From Negativicutes bacterium (GTDB taxonomy: Bacteria > Bacillota > Negativicutes > UBA1444), in contig CAXXIN010000014.1 of assembly GCA_963665275.2 (NCBI GenBank), positions 1 to 64,000 of the forward strand: a DNA stretch of 64,000 nucleotides, given 5' to 3'. Below the pieces are notes generated by a model, which saw nothing but the letters and a program-made list of their open reading frames with translations, was not told the origin of the DNA and ran no database searches. A program made the position numbers and the translations under genes. Position 1 is the first letter of the stretch. Each line of letters opens with the position of its first letter. This document shows positions 15,079-25,837 of this stretch, piece by piece.

Positions 15079-16949
15079 ATGATGTGTTCGGAAAGCTATG
15101 ATATTATCGTTATCGGAGCGGGACATGCGGGTTGTGAGGCCGCATTGGCTGCTGCGCGGATGGGCTGTACCACGTTGATGGTCACTCTAAATCTCGACAA
15201 TATCGCAATGATGCCTTGTAATCCATCAGTTGGGGGCCCGGCAAAAGGACATCTGGTGAGGGAAATTGATGCGTTGGGTGGAGAGATGGGCCGGGCTGCG
15301 GATCAGGCCAGCCTTCAGATGCGCATGTTGAATACGGCAAAAGGTCCGGCTGTTCATGCATTGCGGGCGCAGGCGGATAAAATTGAATATCAAAAGGCAA
15401 TCAGGCGGGCGCTGGGGCAGGAATCTTTGCTGGATGTCAGGCAGTTGCTGGTGGAAGAGCTTATCATGGAAGGGAATTCTGTAAAGGGAATTCTGTCGGA
15501 GAATGGCGAACATATAGCCTGCAACGCACTTATTCTGGCAACAGGAACTTATCTGCGGGGCCGGGTCATTATTGGCGATACGGCATTTGCCGGTGGACCT
15601 ATCGGCCAGCGGGCCGCTGTTAATTTATCCGCATCCCTGGACAAGATTGGAATACGTCTGCGCCGTTTTAAGACCGGTACCCCGGCTCGCATTGACAGAC
15701 GATCCGTTGACTTTACCCGAATGAAGATTCAGCCGGGTGATGAACAGACCCATAACTTTTCTTTTCTCAGCGAGATTGTCAAGCGGGAGCAAACTCCGTG
15801 CTGGCTAACCTATAGCAACGGCTGAAACCCACCGCACCATTCGTGAGAACCTGCATCGCGCACCGTTATATAGCGGCCAGATTGAAGGAACAGGTCCGCG
15901 GTATTGTCCCTCGATCGAAGTGAAAATCGTTAATTTCCCTGATAAAGATTCCCATCAGGTATTCATCGAGCCCGAAGGGGCCTCTACTCAGGAAATGTAT
16001 GTTCAGGGGGATGTCGACCAGCCTGCCGGCTGACGTACAGGTTGCGATGCTGCATTCGATTCCTGGACTGGAAAATGCGCGGGTTATGCGCTATGGTTAC
16101 GCAATAGAATATGATTGCATTGACCCGACGCAACTCGATGTGCATTTGGCATTTAAGGATTATGTCGGTTTATTTGCGGCGGGGCAGGTAAATGGGTCCT
16201 CCGGCTACGAAGAGGCAGCAGCGCAAGGGCTGATTGCAGGCTTGAACGCGGCCCGTTTTGTCAAGGGGGAGACCCCGGTCAGTATTCTTCGGTCAGAGGG
16301 TTACATCGGCGTTTTGATTGACGACCTAGTAACGAAGGGTACGAATGAGCCTTACCGCATTATGACTTCGCGCGCCGAATACCGGTTGTTGTTGCGGCAC
16401 GACAATGCGGATCTTCGCCTGACCCGTAAGGGCTATGACGCTGGTTTGGCAACGCAGGACCGGTGGGAACGAACTGATGCCAAGATCCGCTTGATCGATG
16501 TTACACTGGAACAACTGAAAAGCGTTATTGTCGCCCCCTCCGAAGAGATTCAAAAAATGCTCCGTGATAGCGGGTCTTCTGAGATGCGAACCGGTATTAG
16601 CGCCTATGACTTGTTGAAACGTCCTAATTTAGGGTATAGAAGCATTCAACCCTTGTTATCTTTGCCTGACCTTAGTCCCGAGATCGTATTTCAGATAGAA
16701 GTTATGATAAAATATGAGGGTTATATCAAGAAACAGATCGAACAGGTCAAGCGGGCTGCTTCACTGGAAGGCAAGGTTTTACCTGTAACCCTTGATTATT
16801 CGGAAGTAAAAGGCTTGTCCACAGAGGCGAAACAAAAATTGTCGGCAATACGCCCGGCGTCTATTGGCCAGGCGGCGCGGATTTCTGGCGTTTCACCGGC
16901 GGACATATCGTTATTGCTGATTTATTGCGAACAACAGCGACGGGGGTAG
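15079..16949 (+). CDS. mnmG: tRNA uridine-5-carboxymethylaminomethyl enzyme MnmG/GidA (frameshifted near 15820 and 16000)
   Basis: [35 protein letters not shown] in the intervening frame, [10 protein letters not shown]. Confidence 0.95.
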
Positions 16950-16950
16950 T

Positions 16951-17686
16951 ATGCAGAATAATACCATTGAAATGCTCGGGTATCTGCGACGTGTGGTTGT
17001 GGATATGGGGGTTGATGTTTCGGATGATCAATACCGCCTTCTTGCAGCTTTTTATGAGTTTTTGATGGAGTATAATCAGAAGATAAATCTAACACGAATT
17101 GTCGAACCGTTAGATGTGGCCGCCAAGCACTTTGGCGACTCGTTGGCGCTGTTGGCTCAACCCCTGCTTCCCTCCGGGAAGCTTGATTGCTGATGTGGGC
17201 ACTGGGGCTGGATTTCCAGGAATTCCGATGGCAATCATGCGTTCGGATATTCAGGTTGTGTTGATTGATTCTCTCCGCAAACGTACGATCTTCCTCGCTG
17301 AAGCGGTTGAGCTATTGGGACTAAGGAATGTTCAGGTTGTTTGGGCCAGAGCTGAGGAGATGGGCCGAAACCAATTGTACCGCCAAAAGTTCGATGTTGT
17401 ATTGGCACGTGCCGTTGCTCCACTGAATGTGTTGGTAGAGTTGTGTTTGCCATTGCTGAAAATCGGCGGACATTTTCTGGCGATGAAAGGCCCAAAAGCT
17501 GATGAAGAACTTATTCAGGCGCAAGTTGCTATTGCAAAACTTGGTGGAGCAGTCATTTCCTCGACTGTGAAACCATTACCTGTGGTGGAGGAGAATCGCA
17601 CGTTAATTTCAATTAAAAAGATCAAGCCAACAATTGCCCTATACCCTAGAAAGGCAGGCACGCCTGAGCGGCAGCCATTAGTATGA
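16951..17686 (+). CDS. rsmG: 16S rRNA m7G527 methyltransferase (frameshift near 17175)
   Basis: NLT.I...KHFGDSL, DVGTGAGFPGIP, ARAVA, YPRKAGTP. Confidence 0.93.
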
Positions 17687-17710
17687 ATTTTTGAAGTTGG
17701 GTGCGTGTGT

Positions 17711-18574
17711 ATGAAGACAATTGGCAGCTTTTTTTTCAATAGGTCGCAGCCTGAAACGGTTATTGAGACGACTGAGCCTGTTAAAGACATGTTGGAAGTC
17801 GTCGAAATTTCAATTGATAAGATTGTGGCAAACCCGTTTCAGCCAAGGAAGACCTTTTCGGATGAAGGACTTGCAGAACTTAGTTCGTCCATTCGTGAAT
17901 TTGGCGTTATTCAACCGCTTATTGTCCGCAACACGGAAGCGGGAATCGAGCTGATTGCAGGAGAGCGAAGGTTGCGCGCGTCGTTGCTGGCGGGGCGTGA
18001 AACTGTTCCTTGCATCGTTCGCCAGGTAGATGACAAAGATATGGCCGAAATTGCGCTGATTGAGAATTTGCAACGCGAGGATTTGCATTATTTTGAAGAG
18101 GCCGCCGGATATGAGAAATTATTGACGCAGTTTAATCTTACGCAAGATGTTTTAGCTGCAAGAGTTGGTAAGGACCAGTCAACAATCGCGAACAAGTTAA
18201 GATTGTTGAAATTGCCTTCAGAAGTCCGAGAATTTGCTTTTCGCGAGAAGTTGACGGAGCGCCACTCCAGGGCACTTCTGAAAGTCGAAGGGACGGATTC
18301 GCAGCTGGCTGTTTTGCGTGAAGTGGTTGAGAAGAAGTTGAATGTGCGAGAAACGGAGGCCTATATTGTTGAGCATCTTCAGACTCCGCCTTCCAGTACA
18401 GCTCCTCCGCGACGCTCTGGCATGTTGAAAATCGTCAAAGACGTACGGATCTTCATAAATACAGTTGGGGAGCTTGTTAATCAAATGAAAAAAGCTGGGC
18501 TCGACGTACGGCTATCTCAGGAACAGGACGAGGATTCGATTACACTCACAATGATTGTTCCAAAACGCCGCTAA
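17711..18574 (+). CDS. noc: Nucleoid occlusion protein Noc (ParB family)
   Basis: NPFQPR, AGERRLRA, QSTIANKLRLL, KDVRIFINT; position between rsmG and parA. Confidence 0.8.
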   Translation: MKTIGSFFFNRSQPETVIETTEPVKDMLEVVEISIDKIVANPFQPRKTFSDEGLAELSSSIREFGVIQPLIVRNTEAGIELIAGERRLRASLLAGRETVPCIVRQVDDKDMAEIALIENLQREDLHYFEEAAGYEKLLTQFNLTQDVLAARVGKDQSTIANKLRLLKLPSEVREFAFREKLTERHSRALLKVEGTDSQLAVLREVVEKKLNVRETEAYIVEHLQTPPSSTAPPRRSGMLKIVKDVRIFINTVGELVNQMKKAGLDVRLSQEQDEDSITLTMIVPKRR

Positions 18575-18901
18575 GAGTACAGGTAATGTAGAATATATTT
18601 GTTTGATTTTTATTAACGGCGATTTTTGGCTTATTCTGCGTGAGTACTTATCCAGACACTTCACGTTTCATAGCCTGAACCTGTCGTTCGCTAATTTACT
18701 AGTCAATTCTTCATATTCGATTGGATCGCGGCTGTTCAGAGAATTGTCGTCGTTTCGAAGATCTGCCTCTTTCATGCTTTCTTGGGCGCACGATCCTTCT
18801 GGAAACTTCTTCCCCCCGACACCTGCACAGGTAGCCATTTATCTTGCGTCTGCCTAAATTCCTCTTGCAAATATACAGGACTGTCACCATCTAATGTTCT
18901 T

Positions 18902-18940
18902 CAGGGGTTCTCTGTGCAAAGACAGGGAACCCCTGTTGTT
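18902..18940. terminator. GC-rich hairpin, possible terminator
   Basis: CAGGGGTTCTCTGT-GCAAAG-ACAGGGAACCCCTG followed by TTGTT. Confidence 0.4.
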
Positions 18941-18982
18941 GTTGGTTGAGTTACAAAAATATATTGACCCTTCGTGTATCTT

Positions 18983-19040
18983 TTCATGTCAGCTATTATA
19001 ATTTGTTTCACATGAAACAAATTATAATAGCTGACATGAA
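18983..19040. repeat. 58-bp palindrome (perfect 28-bp arms) centred on a parS-like site
   Basis: TTCATGTCAGCTATTATAATTTGTTTCA-CA-TGAAACAAATTATAATAGCTGACATGAA; core TGTTTCACATGAAACA at 19004-19019. Confidence 0.9.
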
Positions 19041-19208
19041 TTATCGAGTTTTGGTTGAATGTCGGATCAGTTGTTGTTACTATAGTAATATTGAAACTGA
19101 AGATTTTCGTGATTTTCAATAATGACCAATGACGAACGAGTAATTCGCAGAGCGGGAGTAATCTGCGGGTGCTTTGTGGAAACTAAGGGATATGGATGGG
19201 GTGAAGCT

Positions 19209-19970
19209 TTGGTAAGAGTGATGGCAGTGACTAACCAAAAAGGTGGGGTCGGAAAAACAACTACTGCGGTTAATTTAAGTGCATGTTTGGCAACCTTGGG
19301 TCAAAAGGTTTTGCTTGTTGATGTTGACCCACAAGGAAACACCACGAGTGGACTGGGAATAGATAAGTCAAGCGTTAAGCGATGTATTTACGACTGTTTG
19401 GTTAATGATGTTCCGATGGATGAAGTGATTATTTCCACAAAAGTTGAGAATTTATCTCTGTTGCCTGCGACGATTCAGTTGGCTGGAGCCGAAGTCGAGC
19501 TGGTTTCGGTACTTGCGCGTGAGAATATGTTGAAACGGTCATTAGAAAAAGTTAAGTACCGTTATGATTTTGTTATAATGGATTGTCCTCCTTCTTTGGG
19601 GCTGCTGACAGTTAATGCATTGACTGCCGCTTCTTCGGTGTTGGTTCCGATTCAATGCGAATTTTATGCTTTGGAAGGGTTATCGCAGTTGATGAAAACT
19701 GTTGGATTGGTGCAAAAAAATCTTAATCCATCTCTGCAGTTAGAGGGCGTCGTTTTGACAATGTTTGATGCAAGAACGAACCTTTCGATCCAGGTTGTTG
19801 ATGAAGTTAAAAAACATTTTCGAAATAAAGTCTACCACTCCATAGTTCCTCGAAATGTTCGACTGAGTGAGGCCCCGAGTCATGGTCAGCCTATTGTTCA
19901 GTATGATCCTAAGTCGCGAGGTTCGGAAGTATACATGTCTCTGGCGAAGGAGGTGTTGGGTGATGAATAA
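19209..19970 (+). CDS. parA: ParA/Soj ATPase
   Basis: NQKGGVGKTTT, DVDPQGN, DCPPSLG, PRNVRLSEAPSHG; TTG start after GGGGTG. Confidence 0.97.
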   Translation: MVRVMAVTNQKGGVGKTTTAVNLSACLATLGQKVLLVDVDPQGNTTSGLGIDKSSVKRCIYDCLVNDVPMDEVIISTKVENLSLLPATIQLAGAEVELVSVLARENMLKRSLEKVKYRYDFVIMDCPPSLGLLTVNALTAASSVLVPIQCEFYALEGLSQLMKTVGLVQKNLNPSLQLEGVVLTMFDARTNLSIQVVDEVKKHFRNKVYHSIVPRNVRLSEAPSHGQPIVQYDPKSRGSEVYMSLAKEVLGDE

Positions 19971-20874
19971 ACGAGGGCTGGGAAGAGGCCTGGACGCACT
20001 GCTTTCTGGCATTTCCGAGGCGGATTCGGGCGAGAATGTTACAGAGGTTGCTGTGGCCGACATAGTCCCTAATCGATTTCAGCCTCGGCGGGAGTTTGAT
20101 CCTGATCGATTGGCGGAGCTTGCTTCTTCCATTAAATTGTATGGTGTCCTTCAGCCAATTGTTGTGCGTCGACAAGATCGGGGTTTCGAGTTGGTGGCAG
20201 GTGAACGCCGATTTCGCGCCTCGCAAATCGTCGGGTTGAAAAAGATCCCCGCATTGATACGTGACTATACTGATTCTGAAATGACTGCTGTTGCCTTGGT
20301 GGAAAACTTGCAAAGAGAGAACCTTAACCCGATTGAAGAGGCGTATGCATATCGAAGGCTCATTGAGGAGTTTGGATTTACGCAGGAGGATGTTTCGCAG
20401 AAGGTTGGTAAGAGTCGGCCGTTCATCGCGAACACTGTTCGACTGCTTAATTTGCCTGTGACCGTACAAGAATATGTTTCACGTGGAACAATGACGCCGG
20501 GGCAGGCACGCCCGTTATTGGTTTTGCCGACAGCCAAACTTCAGGAAGAAGCCGCGACAGAGATAATGACACACGCCTTTACGGCCAGGGAGGCGGAAGA
20601 GCTTGCGCGCCAGTGGGGGAAAAAAGGGCCGAATAAACTAGGCGCAAAAAAGAAGGTGATCATAGAGCTCGAAGCAAAGGGAGTCGAAGAGCGTCTCAGC
20701 GAGTTGTTGGGAACGCGCGTTAGGATTGCAGAGCGGGAAGCGGGTAAAGGAACGATTTCTATTGAGTACTACTCAACGGAAGAACTCGAACGAATAGTTG
20801 AGCAAATTGAAGGCGATGGGCTAATTGACCCGAGCGATCGTAAAAGAAGGAAAGGACAGGCCTTTTCAGTATGA
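19963..20874 (+). CDS. parB: ParB/Spo0J
   Basis: KRGLGRGLDALL, AGERRFRA, ENLQRENLNPIEEA. Confidence 0.97.
   Translation: MNKRGLGRGLDALLSGISEADSGENVTEVAVADIVPNRFQPRREFDPDRLAELASSIKLYGVLQPIVVRRQDRGFELVAGERRFRASQIVGLKKIPALIRDYTDSEMTAVALVENLQRENLNPIEEAYAYRRLIEEFGFTQEDVSQKVGKSRPFIANTVRLLNLPVTVQEYVSRGTMTPGQARPLLVLPTAKLQEEAATEIMTHAFTAREAEELARQWGKKGPNKLGAKKKVIIELEAKGVEERLSELLGTRVRIAEREAGKGTISIEYYSTEELERIVEQIEGDGLIDPSDRKRRKGQAFSV
20475..20490. promoter_or_regulatory. parS site inside parB
   Basis: TGTTTCACGTGGAACA matches the parS consensus; intragenic, as in B. subtilis spo0J. Confidence 0.9.
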
Positions 20875-20884
20875 AAACGCCTGA

Positions 20885-22213
20885 ATGTTTTTGATGCGCC
20901 AGGAAAGAGATGCGCTGGGAGACGTAATGGTGCCGAGTGAGGCATATTTTGGTACAAGTACTGCTCGACTTACTGGAGTTGCAGCAGTTTCCGGGCTTGG
21001 TTTTTCGCCGAAAATTCCGCTAAATATTGCTAGAGTTAGACAGGCGCAAGCTGTCGCCTTTGGGAGGAATAAATCGTGGAATAGTGAAATTGCTTCGTCA
21101 ATTGAAAAAGCCGCGAAAAGGCTAACAACTGATGAAATAATCATGGATGAACATTTGAAAGTCCAGCCCCACCACGGCGGCGGAGTTCGCAGCATCGTCC
21201 TGAATGTCGATGAAGTGTTAGCGAATATTGCGCTAGAGGGTATGGGGTTTTCAAAGGGAGAGTTCCACATAATGGCTCCGCTATTTCAGATGGATAGGGG
21301 CCGAAATCATTTGGAAACGTATATGACAGCTGTGCATATAACATTAATTGCAGAGCTTTCAGATACGTTCGCAGCGCTAGAATCGTTGCTGCTGAGGCTG
21401 AAAGAAAAAGCGACTTCTTTTCAGACGATGGAAACTGTTGCTAAAATTCAGTTTCAAGAGATCGAATTGTCGAATATCGGTGCAGAGTTCAGTCGCTTTC
21501 ATGAATCCCTTGCCCGATCAAGGCAACAATTGGATTGGTTTAGAGCTAGGCTGCTTCCTTGCTGGCAGGGTTCATCGGACACACTGCTGGCGCTCAGGGA
21601 GGTAGTAGGAATCGATATTGCGATAAGCACCGTCCCGGACGATTTCCCCTGGAATGTTGATTTGTATTTGGGGTTATCGGCATTGTTGCGAACGACGACC
21701 CTAACGCTATTGGGATTTTGCGACCGCATGCGGCTGCTGGTCACCGCCTCTCGGGAACTCGATACGCAGCGGATTCGCGTTAATCCTCCCTTTAATCCGG
21801 ACGGACGCGAATTGATAATTATTGACACTGTGAGTCAGTTGTCGTTTTCTATTATTGGCGCAGACGCTGCAATTGTTGCATCTACGAGTGGCGGAGTCGA
21901 CTGCGCTGTTGCCTATGCTCCGTTTTTCTCCTCACAATTGGTTTGGAGTGGAAAATGGTTGACCAATGCAATAGAGCTGCTTGACAAGAACTTCGTCGCG
22001 GGCTTGGTTGGCGATGAAGAAAACGGGATAAAACAGTTGCAAGAAACGCCACTGCAGGCCGAACGTCTAATTCCAACCCTGGGCTATGATCGCGCTGTCC
22101 AAGTCGCTCGGATTGCTGCGCTGACCGAAAAACCGGTGCGTATGGTAGTGCAAAAAATGAAGCTTATGACGCAGGAAGAGAGTGAAAACTTCTTCAAATC
22201 GGGATTCAGATGA
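20885..22213 (+). CDS. Aspartase/fumarase class II-like protein with degenerate active-site motifs
   Basis: N-terminus RQERDALGDVMVPSEAYFG and C-terminus LIPTLGYDRAVQVARIA fit the family; no SSxMPxKxNP signature. Confidence 0.75.
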   Translation: MFLMRQERDALGDVMVPSEAYFGTSTARLTGVAAVSGLGFSPKIPLNIARVRQAQAVAFGRNKSWNSEIASSIEKAAKRLTTDEIIMDEHLKVQPHHGGGVRSIVLNVDEVLANIALEGMGFSKGEFHIMAPLFQMDRGRNHLETYMTAVHITLIAELSDTFAALESLLLRLKEKATSFQTMETVAKIQFQEIELSNIGAEFSRFHESLARSRQQLDWFRARLLPCWQGSSDTLLALREVVGIDIAISTVPDDFPWNVDLYLGLSALLRTTTLTLLGFCDRMRLLVTASRELDTQRIRVNPPFNPDGRELIIIDTVSQLSFSIIGADAAIVASTSGGVDCAVAYAPFFSSQLVWSGKWLTNAIELLDKNFVAGLVGDEENGIKQLQETPLQAERLIPTLGYDRAVQVARIAALTEKPVRMVVQKMKLMTQEESENFFKSGFR

Positions 22214-22355
22214 TAAAGGGACTCAAAAGAAATCGTAAAAAAATCCTCTGGCCCACTAAATATGATGAAAACCAGCAATTTGGGCAATATTGTAAGGCGA
22301 AAAATGCGGTAAAATAATAACCGCTTTCAGTCGTCTCAAACAGAAAGGTGGTACC

Positions 22356-22862
22356 ATGGATTCTGCAGCAGTGATAAATCCGTTATCGGGTGTTGAACTT
22401 ACTCATTTGACTTATGCGCTGGTCATCGTTTCGTCTTTTTTTGGTTTGTCATCATTGTATTTGGTAGTGAAGTTGCATCGCCTCAGTTATCTGTATAAGA
22501 AAATGATGAGGGGCGCGACCGGTGAATCGATCGAAAAAATGATGCTGGAGCGAATTAATGACATTGATGCTCTTAAACAAACTGCGACGGAGCTTCGGAA
22601 TGAATGTGACAGACTTGAAAGGGAGAGCAGAACGCATATTCAGCAAGTAGGATTGGTTCGGTTCAATGCCTTCGATAATACCGGGAGTGACCTGAGTTTT
22701 GCGGTTGCAATGACGGATGCATCCCAAACGGGTTTTGTGCTGTCGGGAATATATGGACGTGAAGAGTCCAGAGTATATGCCAAGCCAATCATCAAAGGGG
22801 AATCTACGTACACACTGACACAGGAAGAAAAACAAGCGCTGGATGAGGCCAAGAAAAAATAA
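22356..22862 (+). CDS. DUF4446 family membrane-anchored protein
   Basis: N-terminal TM segment; VRFNAF...GSDLSFA...G.VL.GIYGREESRVYAKPI. Confidence 0.8.
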   Translation: MDSAAVINPLSGVELTHLTYALVIVSSFFGLSSLYLVVKLHRLSYLYKKMMRGATGESIEKMMLERINDIDALKQTATELRNECDRLERESRTHIQQVGLVRFNAFDNTGSDLSFAVAMTDASQTGFVLSGIYGREESRVYAKPIIKGESTYTLTQEEKQALDEAKKK

Positions 22863-22951
22863 GGTTTTAGCGGAGCAGGATTTTGGTATCAAGTAAAGAA
22901 TACTAATGAGTGTTCGCTTATTTCTCCACAGGAGAGAAGGGTGGTTTTAGA

Positions 22952-23863
22952 TTGCAAAATAAGATTGCGCAACCGGATAAACGCTGTTACACATTAATGA
23001 TAGTGCCGCATCGTGGGAAAAAAATCTATCAGTTTAAAATGCCGATCCGCGTCGTCAAAGCATGTTTGGCAACTGTTGGCGCAATTGCGATATTTGCAGC
23101 TGCTGGTGTTGTTCATTATCAGTATACGCTTCACCGTGCGCAGACTGATATGGATGAACTACAGACATTGCGTACCGTTAATGTAGCTCAGGCTTCCCAG
23201 CTAAATCAACTTGCGAAAAATACAGCAATTCTTCAGGAAGAGATGTCAAAACTGAATCAGTTGGATTCTGAAGTTCGTCGTTTGTTGAATAAAGAAGAGT
23301 TGCCGGGGGTATCTCGTTCTGGTATTGTTCGCCCTGCGTCCGGAGTAGGCGGAGTTGGGGGGCCGGTTGTGAAACCGCAAGCGGCCGAACTCGACAACTT
23401 GGTTAAAGAGTTGCAAGTGAGTGCAAAGGCCAGAGGGGAAAGCTTGGCGGAACTTCGGGAAAACTTGATTGATCGGAATGCGCGTATCTCGGCTACGCCA
23501 TCAATCTGGCCTGCCGATGGGGTTGTTACATCGCGGTTTGGTTGGCGGTGGGGTGGTAGCGACTGGCATCCGGGAATCGACGTTGCGGCTGATACAGGAA
23601 CGCCGATTGTAGCAACTGCTGCAGGGGTAGTTATAGCAAGTGGCTGGAACGGTGGCTACGGGCGTCAGGTAACGGTTGATCATGGCTATGGAATTACAAC
23701 GTCTTATGCGCACGCCTCCGAACTTGTGGTGACCGTAGGACAAAACGTGAAAAAAGGGCAATTGGTTGCATATGTGGGGAATTCAGGGTTCAGTACAGGG
23801 CCTCATGTTCACTATGAAGTCAGGGTGAATGGTACCGCCGTTAATCCTGCCAGCTTCCTTTGA
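22952..23863 (+). CDS. M23 family peptidase with TM and coiled coil
   Basis: HPGID, YAH, STGPHVHYEV motifs. Confidence 0.92.
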   Translation: MQNKIAQPDKRCYTLMIVPHRGKKIYQFKMPIRVVKACLATVGAIAIFAAAGVVHYQYTLHRAQTDMDELQTLRTVNVAQASQLNQLAKNTAILQEEMSKLNQLDSEVRRLLNKEELPGVSRSGIVRPASGVGGVGGPVVKPQAAELDNLVKELQVSAKARGESLAELRENLIDRNARISATPSIWPADGVVTSRFGWRWGGSDWHPGIDVAADTGTPIVATAAGVVIASGWNGGYGRQVTVDHGYGITTSYAHASELVVTVGQNVKKGQLVAYVGNSGFSTGPHVHYEVRVNGTAVNPASFL

Positions 23864-23892
23864 TTTTTGATAAAGCAGACAGGAGATGGAAT

Positions 23893-24252
23893 ATGTTTGG
23901 AAACAAAAAAAATCTGGCGATGTCGGATCAAATGGAAACCCTGATCGGGTCGAGCACCTCTATCAAAGGGAGCCTCACTTCGAGTGGTGCTCTGCGTATC
24001 GATGGACAGTTTGAGGGCGAACTCACAACAACGGCTGATATTATTGTCGGCGAATCAGGGCGGGTTACGGCGACCGTAGGAGCAAAAAATGCAATCGTGG
24101 CTGGCTCAGTGACTGGAAACATGGATATCGGCGATAAGCTGGAGCTGATGCCGACTGCGAAAATAGTCGGAGATATCAAGGTAGGGTCGTTAATTATTGG
24201 AGAAGGTGCTATCTTTAAAGGTAATTGCGAAATGCGTCAACCGATCGAATGA
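23893..24252 (+). CDS. Bactofilin (polymer-forming cytoskeletal protein)
   Basis: TLIG...I.G.L...G.LRIDG.FEG repeats; typical M23-bactofilin pairing. Confidence 0.9.
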   Translation: MFGNKKNLAMSDQMETLIGSSTSIKGSLTSSGALRIDGQFEGELTTTADIIVGESGRVTATVGAKNAIVAGSVTGNMDIGDKLELMPTAKIVGDIKVGSLIIGEGAIFKGNCEMRQPIE

Positions 24253-24418
24253 TTTCACGAAATTGATTCAGCGAGGACACCCGTTTTCTCTAGAAAGCGT
24301 GGTGTCTATTTTTTTTATGCAAAAAGGAGGAAAATGCGAGCTTTTGACTAACCTTTTTAAACAGAGAGATACGAAGTGCTTTGGTAATGTAAAGAGTAAG
24401 GAAGAAAGCGAGAATCAT

Positions 24419-25837
24419 ATGAGTGATAATCAAATATTTCGACAGATACCAGCCATTGAACAGATGCTTTCTGTAATCAAAAAGGACTTCCGGTTTTCTG
24501 AACTCAATCATGAAGCGGCCGTTGCTTTACTGCGGCATGCTACTGACAAAATCCGTCTGGAGTTAGCGAATGGCTTGATAAAGGGCGAAGGTAAGGCTGT
24601 TGCTGGCAGGCTGAGTCACCGAATACTCGAACTCGCAGCCCAGGAGAGCGAGTTGCTGCTTGAACCACGCCTGCGCAAGGTGATCAATGGAACCGGAGTA
24701 GTTCTTCATACGAATCTAGGGAGAGCTCCGCTTAGCGAACGCGCTTGTTCTGAAGTTCTCTCCGTCATGAAGGGATATAGTTCATTGGAATACGATTTGG
24801 AAGCGGGCGGCAGAGGTGAACGGTACAGTCATGTATCGATGAGGTTGCAAGAACTGACCGGCGCTGAAGAGGCCATCGTTGTCAACAACAATGCAGCAGC
24901 AGTATTGCTGGTACTGTCGGGAGTCGCTCGAGGGCGCGAAGTCTTGGTGAGTCGCGGTGAGCTAGTTGAAATTGGTGGGTCTTTTCGGATTCCGGATGTA
25001 ATTCGCCAGAGCGGAGCGATTCTCGTGGAGGTCGGAACCACCAACAAGACGCACCTAGAAGATTTTTCAGCGGCGATTACCCCAAACACCGCTGCGATTC
25101 TTAAAGTGCACACTAGTAATTTTGAAATCATTGGATTTACCAGTCAGCCGGCCTTTGGGGACCTTTGCAGACTTGCCCGTGAAAAAGGCTTGATTTCAAT
25201 TAATGACGTTGGCAGCGGAACATTGTTGCCGCTCATGCTGGCGGAGCATCGCGAACCGACAGTTCCCGAATGTATATCTGCGGGCTTTGATCTGGTGACT
25301 TTCAGTGGAGATAAATTGTTGGGAGCTGGTCAAGCAGGGATAATTGTCGGCAAAAAGCAGTATATCGATAAGTTAAAACAAGAGCCGCTACTCCGGGCGA
25401 TTCGGATTGATAAATTGTCCCTGGCAGCACTGGAAGGGACGCTCATCGACTATTTGACAGGACAGCCTGAACTATTGATTCCCAGTTGGATAATGTTGAA
25501 CATGACCGAAGTCGATCTTGAAAAGAAAGCTGTAACATTGGCTCGGCAGCTCGCGCCAATAGAAGCTGCAGGATGGGGCGTTAAAGTAGTTCCAACGCGT
25601 TCCCTGTCGGGCGGAGGCTCGTTGCCCGGAGTCGAATTGAATGGATTCGGGGTAGAGATTCTGCCAGGTGACATGTCAGCCGCCAAACTGGAAAGGCTCC
25701 TGCGTGATAATAAGATTCCTATTGTTGGTTTGATTAGGGGAAACGCGTTAATTATAGACGCGCGTTGCCTGCTGCCGGGAGATGATCAGATTCTCTGCGC
25801 GGCGCTTGCCGGAATCGTCGAGGAAACATTCGCATGA
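24419..25837 (+). CDS. selA: L-seryl-tRNA(Sec) selenium transferase
   Basis: INGTGVVLHTNLGRA, VNNNAAA, SRGELVEIGGSFRIPD, FSGDKLLG. Confidence 0.97.
   Translation: MSDNQIFRQIPAIEQMLSVIKKDFRFSELNHEAAVALLRHATDKIRLELANGLIKGEGKAVAGRLSHRILELAAQESELLLEPRLRKVINGTGVVLHTNLGRAPLSERACSEVLSVMKGYSSLEYDLEAGGRGERYSHVSMRLQELTGAEEAIVVNNNAAAVLLVLSGVARGREVLVSRGELVEIGGSFRIPDVIRQSGAILVEVGTTNKTHLEDFSAAITPNTAAILKVHTSNFEIIGFTSQPAFGDLCRLAREKGLISINDVGSGTLLPLMLAEHREPTVPECISAGFDLVTFSGDKLLGAGQAGIIVGKKQYIDKLKQEPLLRAIRIDKLSLAALEGTLIDYLTGQPELLIPSWIMLNMTEVDLEKKAVTLARQLAPIEAAGWGVKVVPTRSLSGGGSLPGVELNGFGVEILPGDMSAAKLERLLRDNKIPIVGLIRGNALIIDARCLLPGDDQILCAALAGIVEETFA

Noticed and set aside
15823-15825. Selenocysteine or programmed recoding at the mnmG TGA
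   Set aside because: The TGA is out of the true frame after an indel within the error cluster; MnmG has no Sec at this position.
18668-18838. 56-codon minus-strand ORF between noc and parA
   Set aside because: No clear RBS or recognisable family; cannot be supported.
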